Shown: positions 1-13,627 of the stretch, in pieces
How positions within the stretch are numbered: position 1 is the first letter of the stretch
Layout: each line of letters opens with the position of its first letter
NCBI GenBank assembly: GCA_040437565.1
Contig: JBDOQK010000055.1
Location: 186,001-235,772, forward strand
Source of the DNA: Albugo candida
Taxonomy: Eukaryota
Direction of reading: 5' to 3'
DNA: 49,772 nucleotides
Position numbers and translations under genes: made by a program
The notes under the pieces: model-generated
Seen by the model: only the letters and a program-made list of their open reading frames with translations
What the model was told of the DNA's origin: nothing
The model's database searches: none

Positions 1-430
1 AAGTTCAGCTCCTTTTCGATACCCATCTTATTTTACAAGCACTGCCAGGATATGTCGAGCTACGAACTCTTTTTTATCGCAATGTGGTTATAACATTGAG
101 CACCACAAGCTCTTTAAATCTTCAGATAATTTGATTAATAAGCGCACATGATTACCACGTACTTTTCATGCGCGTTACTTTCGAATCACAAGTAACAACT
201 GTGGCGCGTAATGCGAAATAAATAGCGAGCAAGTGCCGTGGGAAACTTATAGAGGAGAAAGCCAAGCATTATATGCGACTACTGCACGAGATGCATAACG
301 GTTTCGGTGCAGTCGTTGAACGTAGACCGCAAAAATCTCTTCCAGTCTTACTGCCAGGAACAAGCGCTTCCTAAAACTACCGATCTGCGTTGTCGAATTA
401 GCTTGCCTATAGTCACATTTTAATTAGAGG

Positions 431-1368
431 CTACTGAATTGACGACGTGACGAATCATGATTTTGTAAGAATTGCTACACAGTTCACAATCTTTTCAATG
501 CGATCATGTACTTCTTTTGTCACGAGTTCACTTATAAATCGTCTTGACTACTTTGCTGAGACCCTTCTCCGTTGCACGTGGTGGAATCCCTAATATAAGG
601 TCACTCACCTATTTATAATTCGGAGAGCATTCATTATCCCTCATGCGAATTGCTACTGCTCTGACGCTGCCCGGTCTGATGTTATCGAGTCCTTATTCAG
701 ACCAGGTAAAACATCTGCTAGAAAACTCAAAGTACAATTTTTATGAGAGGATGGTAATATCCTTCTGTCCGTGTCTTGGAGAAGATGTCCAAGCTACATT
801 ACCGCTGTGTCTACCAGTTACCACTAAGGATGCAGGCAAAAAAGAGGTGNNNNNNNNNNNNNNNNNNNNNNNNNNNNNNNNNNNNNNNNNNNNNNNNNNN
901 NNNNNNNNNNNNNNNNNNNNNNNNNNNNNNNNNNNNNNNNNNNNNNNNNCTACTGAATTGACGACGTGACGAATCATGATTTTGTAAGAATTGCTACACA
1001 GTTCACAATCTTTTCAATGCGATCATGTACTTCTTTTGTCACGAGTTCACTTATAAATCGTCTTGACTACTTTGCTGAGACCCTTCTCCGTTGCACGTGG
1101 TGGAATCCCTAATATAAGGTCACTCACCTATTTATAATTCGGAGAGCATTCATTATCCCTCATGCGAATTGCTACTGCTCTGACGCTGCCCGGTCTGATG
1201 TTATCGAGTCCTTATTCAGACCAGGTAAAACATCTGCTAGAAAACTCAAAGTACAATTTTTATGAGAGGATGGTAATATCCTTCTGTCCGTGTCTTGGAG
1301 AAGATGTCCAAGCTACATTACCGCTGTGTCTACCAGTTACCACTAAGGATGCAGGCAAAAAAGAGGTG
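431..1368. repeat. Gap-flanking direct duplication (431-849 = 950-1368); assembly overlap artefact
   Basis: Apparently identical sequence on both sides of the 100-N gap at 850-949. Confidence 0.9.
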
Positions 1369-2619
1369 TTTGCCTTTTCTCCAGCGGACAATAAAAAGTG
1401 GCGACATTATGACTGGGATCAGGTGATTTCCGTCTATGCATTCTGCTGAGGGAAATGCAGACTTTCAATTGTGTATGCAGGTAACCACAATCGCCTGGAA
1501 GGAAGACAAAGAACTTTTGTGCCATGCGCATAAGAAAGGAGTCAAAATTGTTGTTCATTCAGATTTTGAACACTTTGACGACATTTGCATCGAAGGCGCG
1601 CGACGAAAGTGGATTATGGTACGACTCCATTCATGATCGAAAATTGATTGCTAAAGATAGAAGTGGTAGAAAGCATATAAGAAGATTGTGACCAATTACG
1701 CAGACGGCTTGAACTTTGATATCGAGAAACCGAGTTTTGGCAAACAATCTCATTGTTATGCCTTACTGTTGCAAGAACTCCGCGCTGTCTTACAAACGAA
1801 AGAGTTTACAAAACATGCACAAGTAAGGAGCGGTTGTCTCTCCTGTTAGTAGAAAGCTAACAATTGCCGTATAGATCAGCGTCGATGTTCCATGGTCCCC
1901 ACACGGAATCGACGATCGCTACTACGAGTGGAACGCACTGGCTGATGCAGCAGATTTTCTCTTTGTGATGTCGGTAAGGCCTTGACAAGGAGACAATACG
2001 TTTTCTCATATTCGCATCCTTGCAACATATAGTACGATATGCGAAGCCAGATATATTACCAGTGTATTGCTGGCGCTAATTCACCGTTGGCATTGGTCAA
2101 GAAAGGCTTGGAAGAATATCTGGTGGGGTACAATATCGCACCGGAGAAACTTGTACTTGGATTACCATGGTATGCTTATGATTACAAGTGTCAAAAATAC
2201 TCGAGCGCATTAGACATTTGTCAACTAAAGCACGTAAGTCGAAAACTCGATGATGGTTCTAGAAACCCGGACTATTGGGTATTTGTCAGATTGGATTTGT
2301 CGGCGCACCATGCAGTGACGCAGCAGGAAGGCAAGTGGACTACGGAGATATCAAGGCTCGTGCAGCTGCTAATCCAGCGCTCTATACCAGCCATTGGGAT
2401 GGCTTGTCTGATACACCTTATTACACATATTCAGCTTTGGAAAATCCGGACGAAAAGGGCCAAATATGGTTTGAGGACGCTCGTAGTTTAAGTCGAAAGT
2501 ACGCGCTAGTGCGGGAATTGGGCTTAAGAGGTGGAGGAATGTGGCACGCAGATACTCTAGCGTACGGAAAAGATGCAGAATCAGAAAACATTTGGAATTC
2601 TTTCAAAGCAATGAACTAG
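1162..2619 (+). CDS. CTBS: Di-N-acetylchitobiase (GH18 family), multi-exon
   Basis: Spliced translation gives CPC..LC.P, EVFAF..W.HYDWDQVTTIA, LLCHAHKKG, catalytic DGLNFDIE, DVPWSPHGID, FLFVMSYDMRSQI, ANSP, KLVLGLPWYAYDY.C, PCSDAAGRQ and GMWHAD, collinear with animal CTBS. GT-AG introns near 1423-1480, 1619-1669, 1823-1873, 1974-2031 and 2234-2289. Start codon and first exon are uncertain. Confidence 0.9.
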
Positions 2620-2629
2620 AGTGGTTCTG

Positions 2630-5300
2630 AGAGGCACTTGGGTGCTATTCTTTCTACGAATTGTGTTGTCAAGATAATATAGCGTAAAGATAAATAGTGG
2701 CATTAGCAATTTCGCAATCAGACCACTTGATGTATGTATGTAAAATTGATGATTGTGGTCTTGTGCCAACATTTGTCTACTTTTCATCGCGTTTGATGCT
2801 GAGATTGTCGCCATATTACTTTATTACATTATAACGGCCGCCACACTACCTGTGTAGAAGCGGATGGATCAATATTTCTCTTGATGGTCCGACATGCGCA
2901 CTGAAAGCCAATATTTTATCGACGGTGGAATGCATTCTTGACTCTTTCGTTGCCGCCTTAATAACCTGCATCATGGTCGCGTATTGGACTATACGTGTGA
3001 CATCAAACACATTTGCCTGCAATAAATGCACAACGGGCTACCGCAGGGCATCAGCACACTGAAGATTTCAGCCTGGCGCATTCAGAATTGACTTCTAGCC
3101 AGCTGAATTGATGAAGCTTGCGGTTAGCCTCCTAATAGCTTCCCCACTCTGCTCAAGATACTGAGAGATCAAAGCCAGTATGATAGATCTTTACTGCTCC
3201 TACTTCCTTTGGAATGGTTCCCAATAAAGTATGAACATACATACTTCTATTCGTTCCTAAGTGGACAGTTGAGGCCGATGGAATTATCCTGCAAACTCAT
3301 TATCATGGATCGCGAAAGTTGAAATCAATGCTGACCGAAAGCGTTATAGCATGGAATTGTCACTTATAAGGATTTGAAAAAAGCGTTCCCGACAAATAAG
3401 ATCCATCGAAAAGGAGCGAGTATACCAAAAGGTATAGAACGACGCAAGCAATTTGGCGCGTAATCGATGTTACAAAAACTCTTTTCTCATCTTGCTGATG
3501 CAGCCAACAGCATATCCTCTCACAATAAGCCGATAACATGCGTGCAGAGAAATTCCTGACATTGCAATTGATGCTAGAATGAGTACGATCAAGTAGGATG
3601 TAGGCTAAATTCAGAAGTGAATATAAAAGCCTTTTATCTGCTACTCCGCGAAAATTTGCAGCCACTACTACATGTTTGCCATACTCAGTAGCTGCCGAGA
3701 TTCACTACATTGAAGCTACAAGAAGCGATTCACGTCACCCTTCAGTGAAGCGGCATGTGGAAGAGGGTCGAATAAACTTAGAGAATGAGAAAGAAGTGAA
3801 TATAGCGTGGAACGCATCGTCCTTAGGAACGAAGAGAAGTGGAATATGGTAATACAGGTGGTTGCCAATTATATTGGTGTATCTTTGCGGATTCTAGTCA
3901 AATGGACATAGCGTTCGTGACTCTAAGATCAGTGATGGGAAAGTGGATGTTGCGCAGCTTGAATATGCTTTTCCGAATGAGTTTATAATAGTGGAAAGTA
4001 TAAGCGAACGTTATTATTGCGCACTGCTAATTGCGGGTGATATCGCGATACTTCCTCGCACAGCGATTCAGGGATTGGGACAGAAGTACTTACATAATTG
4101 TAGCACAGCGCGTTGTACATGTTATAATACGGCCACCGCACTCGCGTGAACGCAACACGGTCGAATAAACGTCAGAACACGGCGTCAGCGTTAGCAGAAG
4201 GAATGTTGACAGAACAAAGAAAATTTCAAAAGAGTAGTCTCACGCTTATGTGATGATCTGATTTTTGAAATTCACGTATCTTAAACGAGCGATGCGTTGT
4301 ACTGACTCACATGAGAAGGTTCGAGAATCACTGGCAGTTGACTCGTTGAGAGGCATTTTCACGGAGCGGATAGTTTTACTTTAGTCTACAGGCGCTACAG
4401 CTTAATCGCCTTAGCATTGCAAGCTCCCATTACCTTTTGAAACCTTTCAAGCGCTATCTCAACCATCCCAATCCTCACCACCTAGAGAATGTTATTCTTT
4501 ATGTGTATAATGTTTCTAATATTCCTTTGGTAGCAGCCAGGTTACTAAAACGCCTCCAGAAAGTCAAAGTCTGATTACGCTTTCTTTATACAGATAAATG
4601 TCGTCGAGCTAGAGCCAAACGCCGCGACAATAGCTGGAATTAATGGATCCTGATACAGGAATGTCTCTTCTTATCGAAATAACCAGTATGCTCTACAGGT
4701 GCATAGCTTCGGCCTTCCTTTCCCGATCAAGCAAAGGGAAATGCATTTCCTTCGCCTAATCATTGCATGCAAGAATACATTATTCCCTCATCGCAATCTG
4801 TAGAATAACACACGAATTGATGCATGGCGATATTTGACCAGGTGAGTTTAGACACTTGACGAGTGCTCTCAATCAAGCTTAAGCCTGTCCTGGAATACCA
4901 CAACTCTTTGTATATGTTGGCATCGACCGCAATAAAGTACTCATCCATTTGACCTTCAAAATATCTTATTTTGATTCATCTCCCTTTAGACAACCTCATC
5001 TAGCCGTATTTATTACCGCAAAGATAGCTCTGCGGCTTCTGCTCCAACCTGCAATTGTGTAGCCTCACCAATCGATCGATCATGTCACTTTGCAAAAAGA
5101 TCCAGCGTCCCTATTATTTACTTTTTTAGCTCATGCATTGCTTGATCCTTCTTCTGTATAATAAAGGGAATCACGGTCTTTTTTAGGCACAGAATATAAC
5201 GATAGCGAGCGAGCTTCCAGCGGTCGCCTCATGGTATATGACGTCTGGTATTCTTTATCCTGAAATTTTAAGCCTTGACACGACCTTCCATTAAAAGCTT
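2630..5300 (-). pseudogene. Possible decayed multi-exon gene, product unidentified
   Basis: Chain of minus-strand protein-like ORF pieces (2846-3031, 3360-3665, 4760-4948) separated by in-frame stops; no family recognised. Confidence 0.3.
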
Positions 5301-5932
5301 TCATCCAGCATTTCCTGCACTTCTAGAAGTATTCATTTTTTGAAATGCATTCTCGGAAAAACTTTCCTGTACCGCGAGCGGCGCACAGCAAACTACTGAA
5401 AGCTTAGGCTTTCTGAAATGTTTGAAATTTGAATACGGCTCCGACTTACTTGGGTGCTGATACGAGTCAACCTATACAGCTACTATTTCTTGCTGAAATT
5501 ACTATACAAGCGTAACTCTCCGGAAAAACCATACCCTGCTTGCTGGCGCTTTTAAGCGTCAACCGAAGAGAACACTAACTCAACCGATGGTGCCATCATA
5601 CTCAACTGCCCCAGCACACTAGTCGACTCATGGATCAAGCCAGCCCAATAGCAGTTTTTCAATGAACAACATCTCTTCCTTGGACTTATCAGCTTGTGAA
5701 AGTCAACCAATATCCCCCGAGCGACCACCCGCAAATGTCCGATGCAATCTTGATGCTGAACTGTGGAATAAATGCTGCATTTAGTTCCAGCCAATCGCCT
5801 GTGTCGATCTTAGTGAATAATATTAGATGCGTGCCTTATGATCAGTCTCGACCAATTGTGCACTATGTATATTGTATAGTGAAACCACCAGCAGCATCTC
5901 ATCGCTGACTGGCCTATGTCGATCTGGACTCG

Positions 5933-7435
5933 GTGATTTGCACCCAATCATCATTTCCCATTTCTCAGGCACCAAAATACACCAAAATGGATCGTGTACC
6001 GTGGACTGCCGCGATGTTTTGCTACATTCAAATCGCTATTTTACTGACTATTGGACATATACGAGACTTCTTTGGACGTTTATCTGGTTCTTCTCGTTAT
6101 AAGAGCGCTGTCACTAAGCCTGGTTTTGCGAAATTACTGTTAGCCTGGGAGAATTTTTATACGAATCGCATCTATCATCGCGGTCAAGATGTCTTTAATC
6201 GACCAGTTGCGAATGCGCCCGGAGCGTATATTGACGTCATCGAGCGCTATTCAAACGACGGCAACCGAACGCTACAAAATAAAGCCGGATGTGTGAAAAA
6301 ATGCGTCAATTTGGGTTCGTACAATTATCTCGGATTCGCCGATGACTGGATGAGTACCTGCAGTAAAGATGTCTTCCAAACAGTCCAGCGCTTTGGATTA
6401 GCGTCTTTATCATCGGCTATGGAATTTGGTACAACTACAATTCATCGTGAGCTTGAAGAGGAATTTGCAAAGTTTATTGGTAAACCTGCAGCACTTGTGT
6501 ATAACATGGGATTTGCCACGAACGCTACCACCATTCCCGCGTTGATGAGTAAAGGGAGCTTGATCGTCAGTGACAGCTTGAATCACAGCTCAATAGTCAA
6601 TGGAGCAAGAGCCTCGGGGGCACACGTGGTGGTATTCCGTCATAACGATGCCAAACATCTTGAGCATACACTACGCATGAAAATTGCCCAAGGACAACCA
6701 CGCACACATCGAGCCTGGAAGAAAATCATGGTCATGGTCGAAGGTATTTATTCTATGGAAGGTGAAATTGTACATCTACGCGATATCGTTGATGTTGTCA
6801 AGAAGTACAAAGCGTACATATACGTCGATGAAGCTCATAGTATCGGGGCTCTTGGGCGTACTGGACGAGGGATCTGTGAATACGCTGGAGTAGACCCCAA
6901 TGAGATTGATATATTAATGGGGACCTTCACCAAAAGCTTTGGTGGAATGGGAGGATACATCGCCGCATCCGAAGAGATTATTTCGTACATTCGCACTGCA
7001 AGCGCTGGATCTGTGTATGCCGCGAGTCTATCACCTGTGGTCGCACAGCAGGTTCTGACATCGCTGAAAATCATTATGGGTACTGATGGAAGCGATTACG
7101 GAAGAAAGAAACTCGATGCTCTCCGTGAAAACAGCAATTATTTCCGCCAACAGCTCATGAACATGGGTGTGGTCACTTTGGGAAATTTCGATTCTCCAGT
7201 GATTCCAGTAATGCTGTTCTGTTTATCAAAAATTCCAGAATTCTCACGCCAATGCTTGGAACGTAATTTGGCTGTTGTTACAGTGGGTTTCCCAGCGACA
7301 CCACTTTTACTGTCCCGAGTTCGCTTTTGCATTTCGGCAGCTCATACCAAAGAAGATCTTGACAAAGCTCTGAAACAAATTGAAGAAGTCAGCAGTAACT
7401 GCAATATCCGATACTTGAAGAGCTGCATGGGCTAA
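5933..7435 (+). CDS. LCB2: Serine palmitoyltransferase catalytic subunit (LCB2/SPTLC2)
   Basis: 500-aa uninterrupted ORF with NLGSYNYLGFA, SDSLNHSSI, VEGIYSMEG, DEAHSIGALG and the PLP-lysine motif GTFTKSFG. First in-frame ATG is at 5987; the true start is uncertain. Confidence 0.95.
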   Translation: MICTQSSFPISQAPKYTKMDRVPWTAAMFCYIQIAILLTIGHIRDFFGRLSGSSRYKSAVTKPGFAKLLLAWENFYTNRIYHRGQDVFNRPVANAPGAYIDVIERYSNDGNRTLQNKAGCVKKCVNLGSYNYLGFADDWMSTCSKDVFQTVQRFGLASLSSAMEFGTTTIHRELEEEFAKFIGKPAALVYNMGFATNATTIPALMSKGSLIVSDSLNHSSIVNGARASGAHVVVFRHNDAKHLEHTLRMKIAQGQPRTHRAWKKIMVMVEGIYSMEGEIVHLRDIVDVVKKYKAYIYVDEAHSIGALGRTGRGICEYAGVDPNEIDILMGTFTKSFGGMGGYIAASEEIISYIRTASAGSVYAASLSPVVAQQVLTSLKIIMGTDGSDYGRKKLDALRENSNYFRQQLMNMGVVTLGNFDSPVIPVMLFCLSKIPEFSRQCLERNLAVVTVGFPATPLLLSRVRFCISAAHTKEDLDKALKQIEEVSSNCNIRYLKSCMG

Positions 7436-7717
7436 GTTACTACTGCTATAAGCCAGAACTTCAAAAAAGAGGCACTTTCATTTGTATCGCAGGAACTTTC
7501 GAATTGACTCCTGCTTTTTCTCCGTGTCCTTGAAATACCAATGTAATGACTTCATTGTCTTGCTTTCTTGATCCTTTTGTTATGCTTTCATTTCTGCAGC
7601 GCGCTAAAAGAGCCATCCAAGAACCTTTATCTTTCGATACACTATGGTATTTTATCGTTGCAGCAGTTGCTCAACTGGACGTAAAAGCACTTCAACTTCA
7701 GCTTGTCGATTGCTGCA

Positions 7718-10700
7718 ATGGCGGAAGAAGAGGATATGATCATTCTGTCGTTTTTTTTTCAAAATAAAAAGGTAGGATGGGCAATTTACGATGTTACAAC
7801 GACACATTTGAAGATCCTCGAAACACACTGCGCTTCCGTCGACGCAATGAAAGAGCTCATTGAACGAGTTATCAACCAATTCGGCATATCTTTACTACTG
7901 ATTTCATCGCGAATCGAGACTTCAGTTGGGATAATATCGTGGCTACAGCAATATAACGATCAAAACCAAACTCAGATTCAGTCGCGTATCGTAAAGGTAA
8001 GAGTAACCTATCCACCCGGTACACGATGATGACATTTGGCTTACAGCATTCAGGTAACGTGACGAGGTTTAAAACCCATAAATTAGAGAATAAATTTCAA
8101 ATTCCATTGAAGATTTCGATTTTGAGAAAGCTTGTCGACAATTAAAAAAAGTGCGCATATCATCGACCAGGTACGTGACTAAAATTGTAGCAGTCAGAAG
8201 CTCATTGAACCTGCAAGTCTGGAGGAGCATGATGCTTCTGCGTACTTTGATTACGAGCATAGTTATTTAATTCGCGCAACAGGAGGTTGTACACTCTTCA
8301 GCGAGAACATAAGAAATTGGCTGAATTACTTTCCTCACAAATATTACAGCGTTGCTTTTTAATTTGTCAACTGAAAAGGTACGCAATCAATCACATCAGG
8401 TATGAATATAACATGTATCTGAGATTGGACAACAACTGGATGAAGTGCATACATTGAAGCTGAGTGCAATCACGAGAATATCTATGAAAGGAATGATGTA
8501 CATCGATGCGAGGACGCTANNNNNNNNNNNNNNNNNNNNNNNNNNNNNNNNNNNNNNNNNNNNNNNNNNNNNNNNNNNNNNNNNNNNNNNNNNNNNNNNN
8601 NNNNNNNNNNNNNNNNNNNATTGAACCTGCAAGTCTGGAGGAGCATGATGCTTCTGCGTACTTTGATTACGAGCATAGTTATTTAATTCGCGCAACAGGA
8701 GGTTGTACACTCTTCAGCGAGAACATAAGAAATTGGCTGAATTACTTTCCTCACAAATATTACAGCGTTGCTTTTTAATTTGTCAACTGAAAAGGTACGC
8801 AATCAATCACATCAGGTATGAATATAACATGTATCTGAGATTGGACAACAACTGGATGAAGTGCATACATTGAAGCTGAGTGCAATCACGAGAATATCTA
8901 TGAAAGGAATGATGTACATCGATGCGAGGACGCTAACATCACTGCAAATATTATGCAACGTACAATTTGTTCAAGTCTCATCGTTCATCCCCTCTCACAT
9001 GTCACGTTCTTAGGAGCAACATCCGTCGTTGGCTAAGGTTTCAGCGTTTCTATATTTCATCAATCCATCCATATCTATTCATATTTTATTTTTAGGGAAT
9101 AGGAAGATCGAAGTCGGGGCTTACGTACAAACCGCATAATTAATTTACCATATTACAAAAACCATCGTAGCTCAGTTTCTCGTCTGGCTGATAGATTATA
9201 TGGCTTGCTCAATCGAACTATCACGTCAAGAGGGTCTAAAATGCTGAGAAGCTGGATGTTGGCTCCTTTAACGGACCCAAATGAAATCAATCATCGTCTA
9301 GATACAGTGCAATTTTTTTCGGATCAGTCCAATGAAGCAACCAGAGCAAACTTGGTAAGAGAGTACCTCTTTAGGACAGCAGACAAGCGGCTGATCCAAA
9401 TCACCACAAGGTCGATCAGCTGAAGCGATTTCGCGATATTAGCGCTATCTTTCTCAAAATACGTCAACGCTCGGCTTCAGCACGAGATTGGTGCAATCTG
9501 TATCGATCGATCATATCATTTATGTCTTCAAGGTGATTCAATTCGTCGCTTGTGGGGTAAAAATGTCTCATTTGCTCGGCTATGATGCAGATCATATATC
9601 CAGGAAATCGTGCAGTCGTGGGATTCATCAACTATTTTGCTTTTTCAGCAATTTTCAGATGAAACCGGTGGATCCCAAATCAGTAATCTATTGGGTAACA
9701 TCATTGATGTGGAGGAATCGTCAGCATCCGATAGCATCGTCATCCACGAAGGAGTATCAGAGCAATTGGACGATGCACGTAATCAATACAACCATTTAGA
9801 CAATGTATTTGCATACTTTGATATCCATATCAAATGAACGGTTGTGATCTGCAGGTGTTGTCAGAAGTAGCGTATCAGATCTGTGAAAGAAGTCCAAGTT
9901 TGAGAGGGATAACAGTGCAATACATTCCTCAAGTTGGCTACGTGATCTGCTGCGACTCTCCAACAGTACTGCCCGACTTTGTATTCCAGTTCCAAGAAGA
10001 TGACAACACCTTCTACTATAAAGTCGTGCACACGTCTGCTAATAAATACATGCCATAAGGCACTCATGATGTATCTTCGTAGGATGAGTGCTGCCGAGAT
10101 CTGGATGAAAGTATTGGGGATATTTTTGGTAAATATGAATGGCTTTGTCAATTATGTCGACAATTCACGTTGCACAATTAGGTCACATTCAAGATATGCA
10201 ACGAGGTTTGCACCTATTCCAATCAATTCATGAAGCATGTATCTTCAATAGGCAATTTGCCCGTTTTAGCTCTGCTTGAACAGCTTACAATCACACTCAT
10301 CCCTCACGAATGCAGTATACACAGTACGAAGATACAGATCATTGGAATTCATCACTCTAACATTGATGCAGAGATGTGCGAATTGATGGGATTTTTGGAT
10401 GTTTACATGGCACTCGCCGAGTGCGCGAGAAACTCCAGCTTTATTCGGTCTTGCAAAACAAGCCACTTCTTCATCTTTTCAATGCGTACTGAGAGAGAAA
10501 CTGATAGACCGAGAGTACATGAAGAAATCTCGATAAGCGTTAAGCAGGCCCGACATCCTCTACAGGAACTAGTAGTTGAGCAATTTATTCCCAATGACAT
10601 CACCTTGGTGGATGGAAGAAAAACGATGCTCGTCAACATCATTACTGGACATAACGGTTCAGGTAGAAAAAATCATTTCTGCATGACCCGGTAGCGATTA

Positions 10701-11836
10701 CCACAAGTGAGCGTACGCAGGAAAGTCTGTTTATTTGAAGACGATTGGTCTTATTCAGTATATGGTCCAAATTGGATCATTTGTACCGGCAAAAGAAGGT
10801 ATTCAAATGCGACACAAAGTATAAGTGATATGAAATTGTTTTGTATGTACAGCAAGTGTGGGCGTTGTCTCGGGCATATTTACAAGAATACAGAGGTGAG
10901 ACGTCGTACTCCTATGAACTCACTGTAATAAAGGTTGCAATCAGTCTGGAGACAGCAAATTTGTCGCAAAGTTCCTTCACAATCGATTGTAGCCAGGTGC
11001 GGCTCTTATACATTGTCACAATTGCGGATAGCAAAGCTTATTTTCTATTAAGCTGGCTCGTATGTTGCATCAGTGTGATCGGCAATCCTTGCTCCTAGTC
11101 GATGAGTTCGGTAAAGGTAAGAAGTCAATTTTTCCCGTCTTCATTACCTGATGTGCTATGCGTGATATGTGCAATTTAGGAACGTCAGAACTGGACGGTT
11201 TATCACTTCTGGTTATGAAAAGCACTGTTCAGATCGTTTCAATTTGCTAAAACGGCATCTTAGAGTTCTACAATAAATCACTTAACATCGAGAGTATCTA
11301 AAGACGGGGGCCCTCGCGTCTTGATCACGACCCATCAGCTGGTATTTACAGCGTTAAATCTTCCAGTATTTATGATCTACTTAATATCTCATCAGCAGAA
11401 AATCATGGCCCAGAAGCTTGTATCTTATGGGAATGAAGATGGATTCAGTCAAGAAACCAAAGAAAGCGCTCCAATGTTCACATTACTGACATCAGATGAC
11501 CGGACAAACGCACCACTATACACATTACAGTTGGGAATTGCCGAGGGAAGCAATGCTATTGGTTGCGCAACTAACTCTGGTATGATGAGTTCGTCGCAGA
11601 GTCTGTGTCATGTCTGATGAAACGTAGGGATTACTGATGAAATTATCTCAAGAGCACGAGAAATCTTAGAGTTGATGCGCCAGGAAGCCCATATCCCGCC
11701 GCAGTCTGTTTCTGTGACACGTTACATGCAATTCTGTCAGCAGTTATCATCAACCTTCCACTCGGTTTCCAATTGGATCGAAGCATCCGACGAAGAGGTC
11801 GATAAGCTTATCCTCACTGCTCGACTTATCGATTGA
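7718..11836 (+). CDS. MSH5: MutS homolog 5, meiotic crossover protein; highly intron-rich and spanning a gap duplication
   Basis: Exons encode HPSLAK/GIGRSKSGL/LYGLLNRT, LRSWMLAPLTD, YIPQVGY, ARHPLQELVVEQFIPND, Walker A IITGHNGSGKSVYLK, IGSFVPA, SQSSFTIDCSQ, LLLVDEFGKGT, ITTH and PLY.L..GI. These match MSH5-type motifs and no mismatch-binding domain I is evident. Stop TGA at 11834-11836. Confidence 0.9.
8204..8935. repeat. Gap-flanking duplication (8204-8519 = 8620-8935); assembly artefact inside MSH5
   Basis: Apparently identical sequence on both sides of gap 8520-8619. Confidence 0.9.
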
Positions 11837-13627
11837 TTCAAAGCGCATTGGCTCCGGATCAAACGCATTCATTTACAGAATAGGCTTAACATGTCTGGTT
11901 AATCCGTAATACATTTACTGCTAAAGTGTTATGGCCAACGGCAAAGCTACAACGCTTCAAAATCGATACAACGGAGCCTCATCTTGCGTAAGAGCATTAT
12001 GATGGTCAGCTGCCTCATGAAATCTTCGATTGAAAGTGTGCCGATATCCATTGTCGCAGCTGTATGGAACGCGCCGAGAAGTCAGATTTTCGAAGCCAAA
12101 ATTCTCCTGCAGGATCGCACTATCGCTTATTACCACTTGAAGTTGTCCTTATCACTAGAAATAAGGACAGAAAAGAAGGTGGTAACCAACAAGCCTTGAA
12201 GAAACAAGTATCATGGTTTATCCGGACCTTTCTGCAAGCTTAGGATCCAGGATTCTTTGGTCACAGTGAAGCTTATGCACGATATCAAGTCACGTGATAA
12301 AAATCATTAAGAATTCTAATCAATATACTCGATAGCTCGGTGAGAAGATTCTTTGTGAGTTATCCGTCTGCAAAATGACGAAGGCACGCTTTCTCAATTC
12401 TAAAATCTAATTGGACATTGAGTAATGAAAATCGCGTCAAGATATCTTATGTACTGAATTCTATCAGGCATGGTCATTATGGTCATTATGGTCATCATGC
12501 CCATTCGGATCATAATGACGACTGAAAAACAACAATCGAAATTTATTGCTAATGAACCTAGACAAGGGACACTGTTATCCTTGCTTTGTGAAAGCCCTAT
12601 GCAGCTTTTTACTCCTGCGGAAAAGCGTAATCTATTGCCGTGATACAACAGCAGCTTCGGCAGATAATTGGGATATGACTGCCGAAATCACCTATTGACT
12701 AAGCAAGGGGTGATAGTTGGCCTGTGCTTCGAACTAAAGAATTTTGATATAGACGTTCAACTATGATGCGCTTGGTTCATGAGATATGTAGTGTGCGTTG
12801 AATACGACATTATCAATTACACAAGGCAAATCCGACTTTTTGAAACTTTAAGGAATTTATGAGTGAATTTGCTAGACAAAGATTACCTCCACTAGACCTT
12901 GTGTTTATAGAATGCATCGGTATGTTCGCATCTAATTCTAGTTCATTATATGCGCCTGCAAGTGATAAAATCCGTGGCGCGCGGATATATCATGTCCTGT
13001 AGTACATAACGTTCAAGAGAGCTAAACACCAGTTACTCATTTGTAGCCCTGAAACGCCAGAATCTGTATAATAAATTGATCAACTAATTTTCCTTACTTT
13101 TGCGACGCACACTCATAGACACATGTCTCCGCTCAGAAGCATACAGGAATTGTGCGGAATTAGGAGCTTTCAGAGAAAAAGATAAGAAATTAGCTGGGAA
13201 TGCGCAAAGTATGATTCTGAATATACAAATCCCTTTTGGCATCCCCATTCATACCAGTAATACGAAGTAGAATGTGCTCTCATAGAGTATTTTATGGCAG
13301 ACCAAGTGAAGTGCGACCTCGACATCTAAAGGGAATCCTTGCACGTCATGGACAATGGTCTTGCACATAAAGAAGCACGAGTGTCGACATTTCCTTCAGG
13401 CATAAACTCCTTAAATTACACGTGCGGATTAGCGTGCATATATCGTTAGCGATCAAAAAAATAGCTTGCATGTCGACTGACATTTCTGGCGATCATCGTG
13501 ATCGGGGTCTTAAAAGGCGTCATGACTGAAAAAAGAGAAGTCCTCATTGACCTTTTTTCTCAGGGAAGTGTTTAGGACCTGCGAAGCATAAGGAGAGACT
13601 GCTGTGCGTATTATTTTGTGGCGAAAT

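Noticed and set aside
643-969. Apparent second CTBS 5' copy or tandem gene duplication
   Set aside because: Exact repeat on both sides of a 100-N gap; assembly overlap
1276-1283. ATATCCTT, a U12-type AT-AC 5' splice consensus
   Set aside because: Lies immediately before the conserved CPC..LC coding segment of CTBS, and no branch site or AC acceptor is evident. I found no U12-type intron in the window by eye.
12030-12240. HCRSCMERAE as a CCG/CHxC effector motif
   Set aside because: No terminal Gly, no start codon or signal peptide in frame
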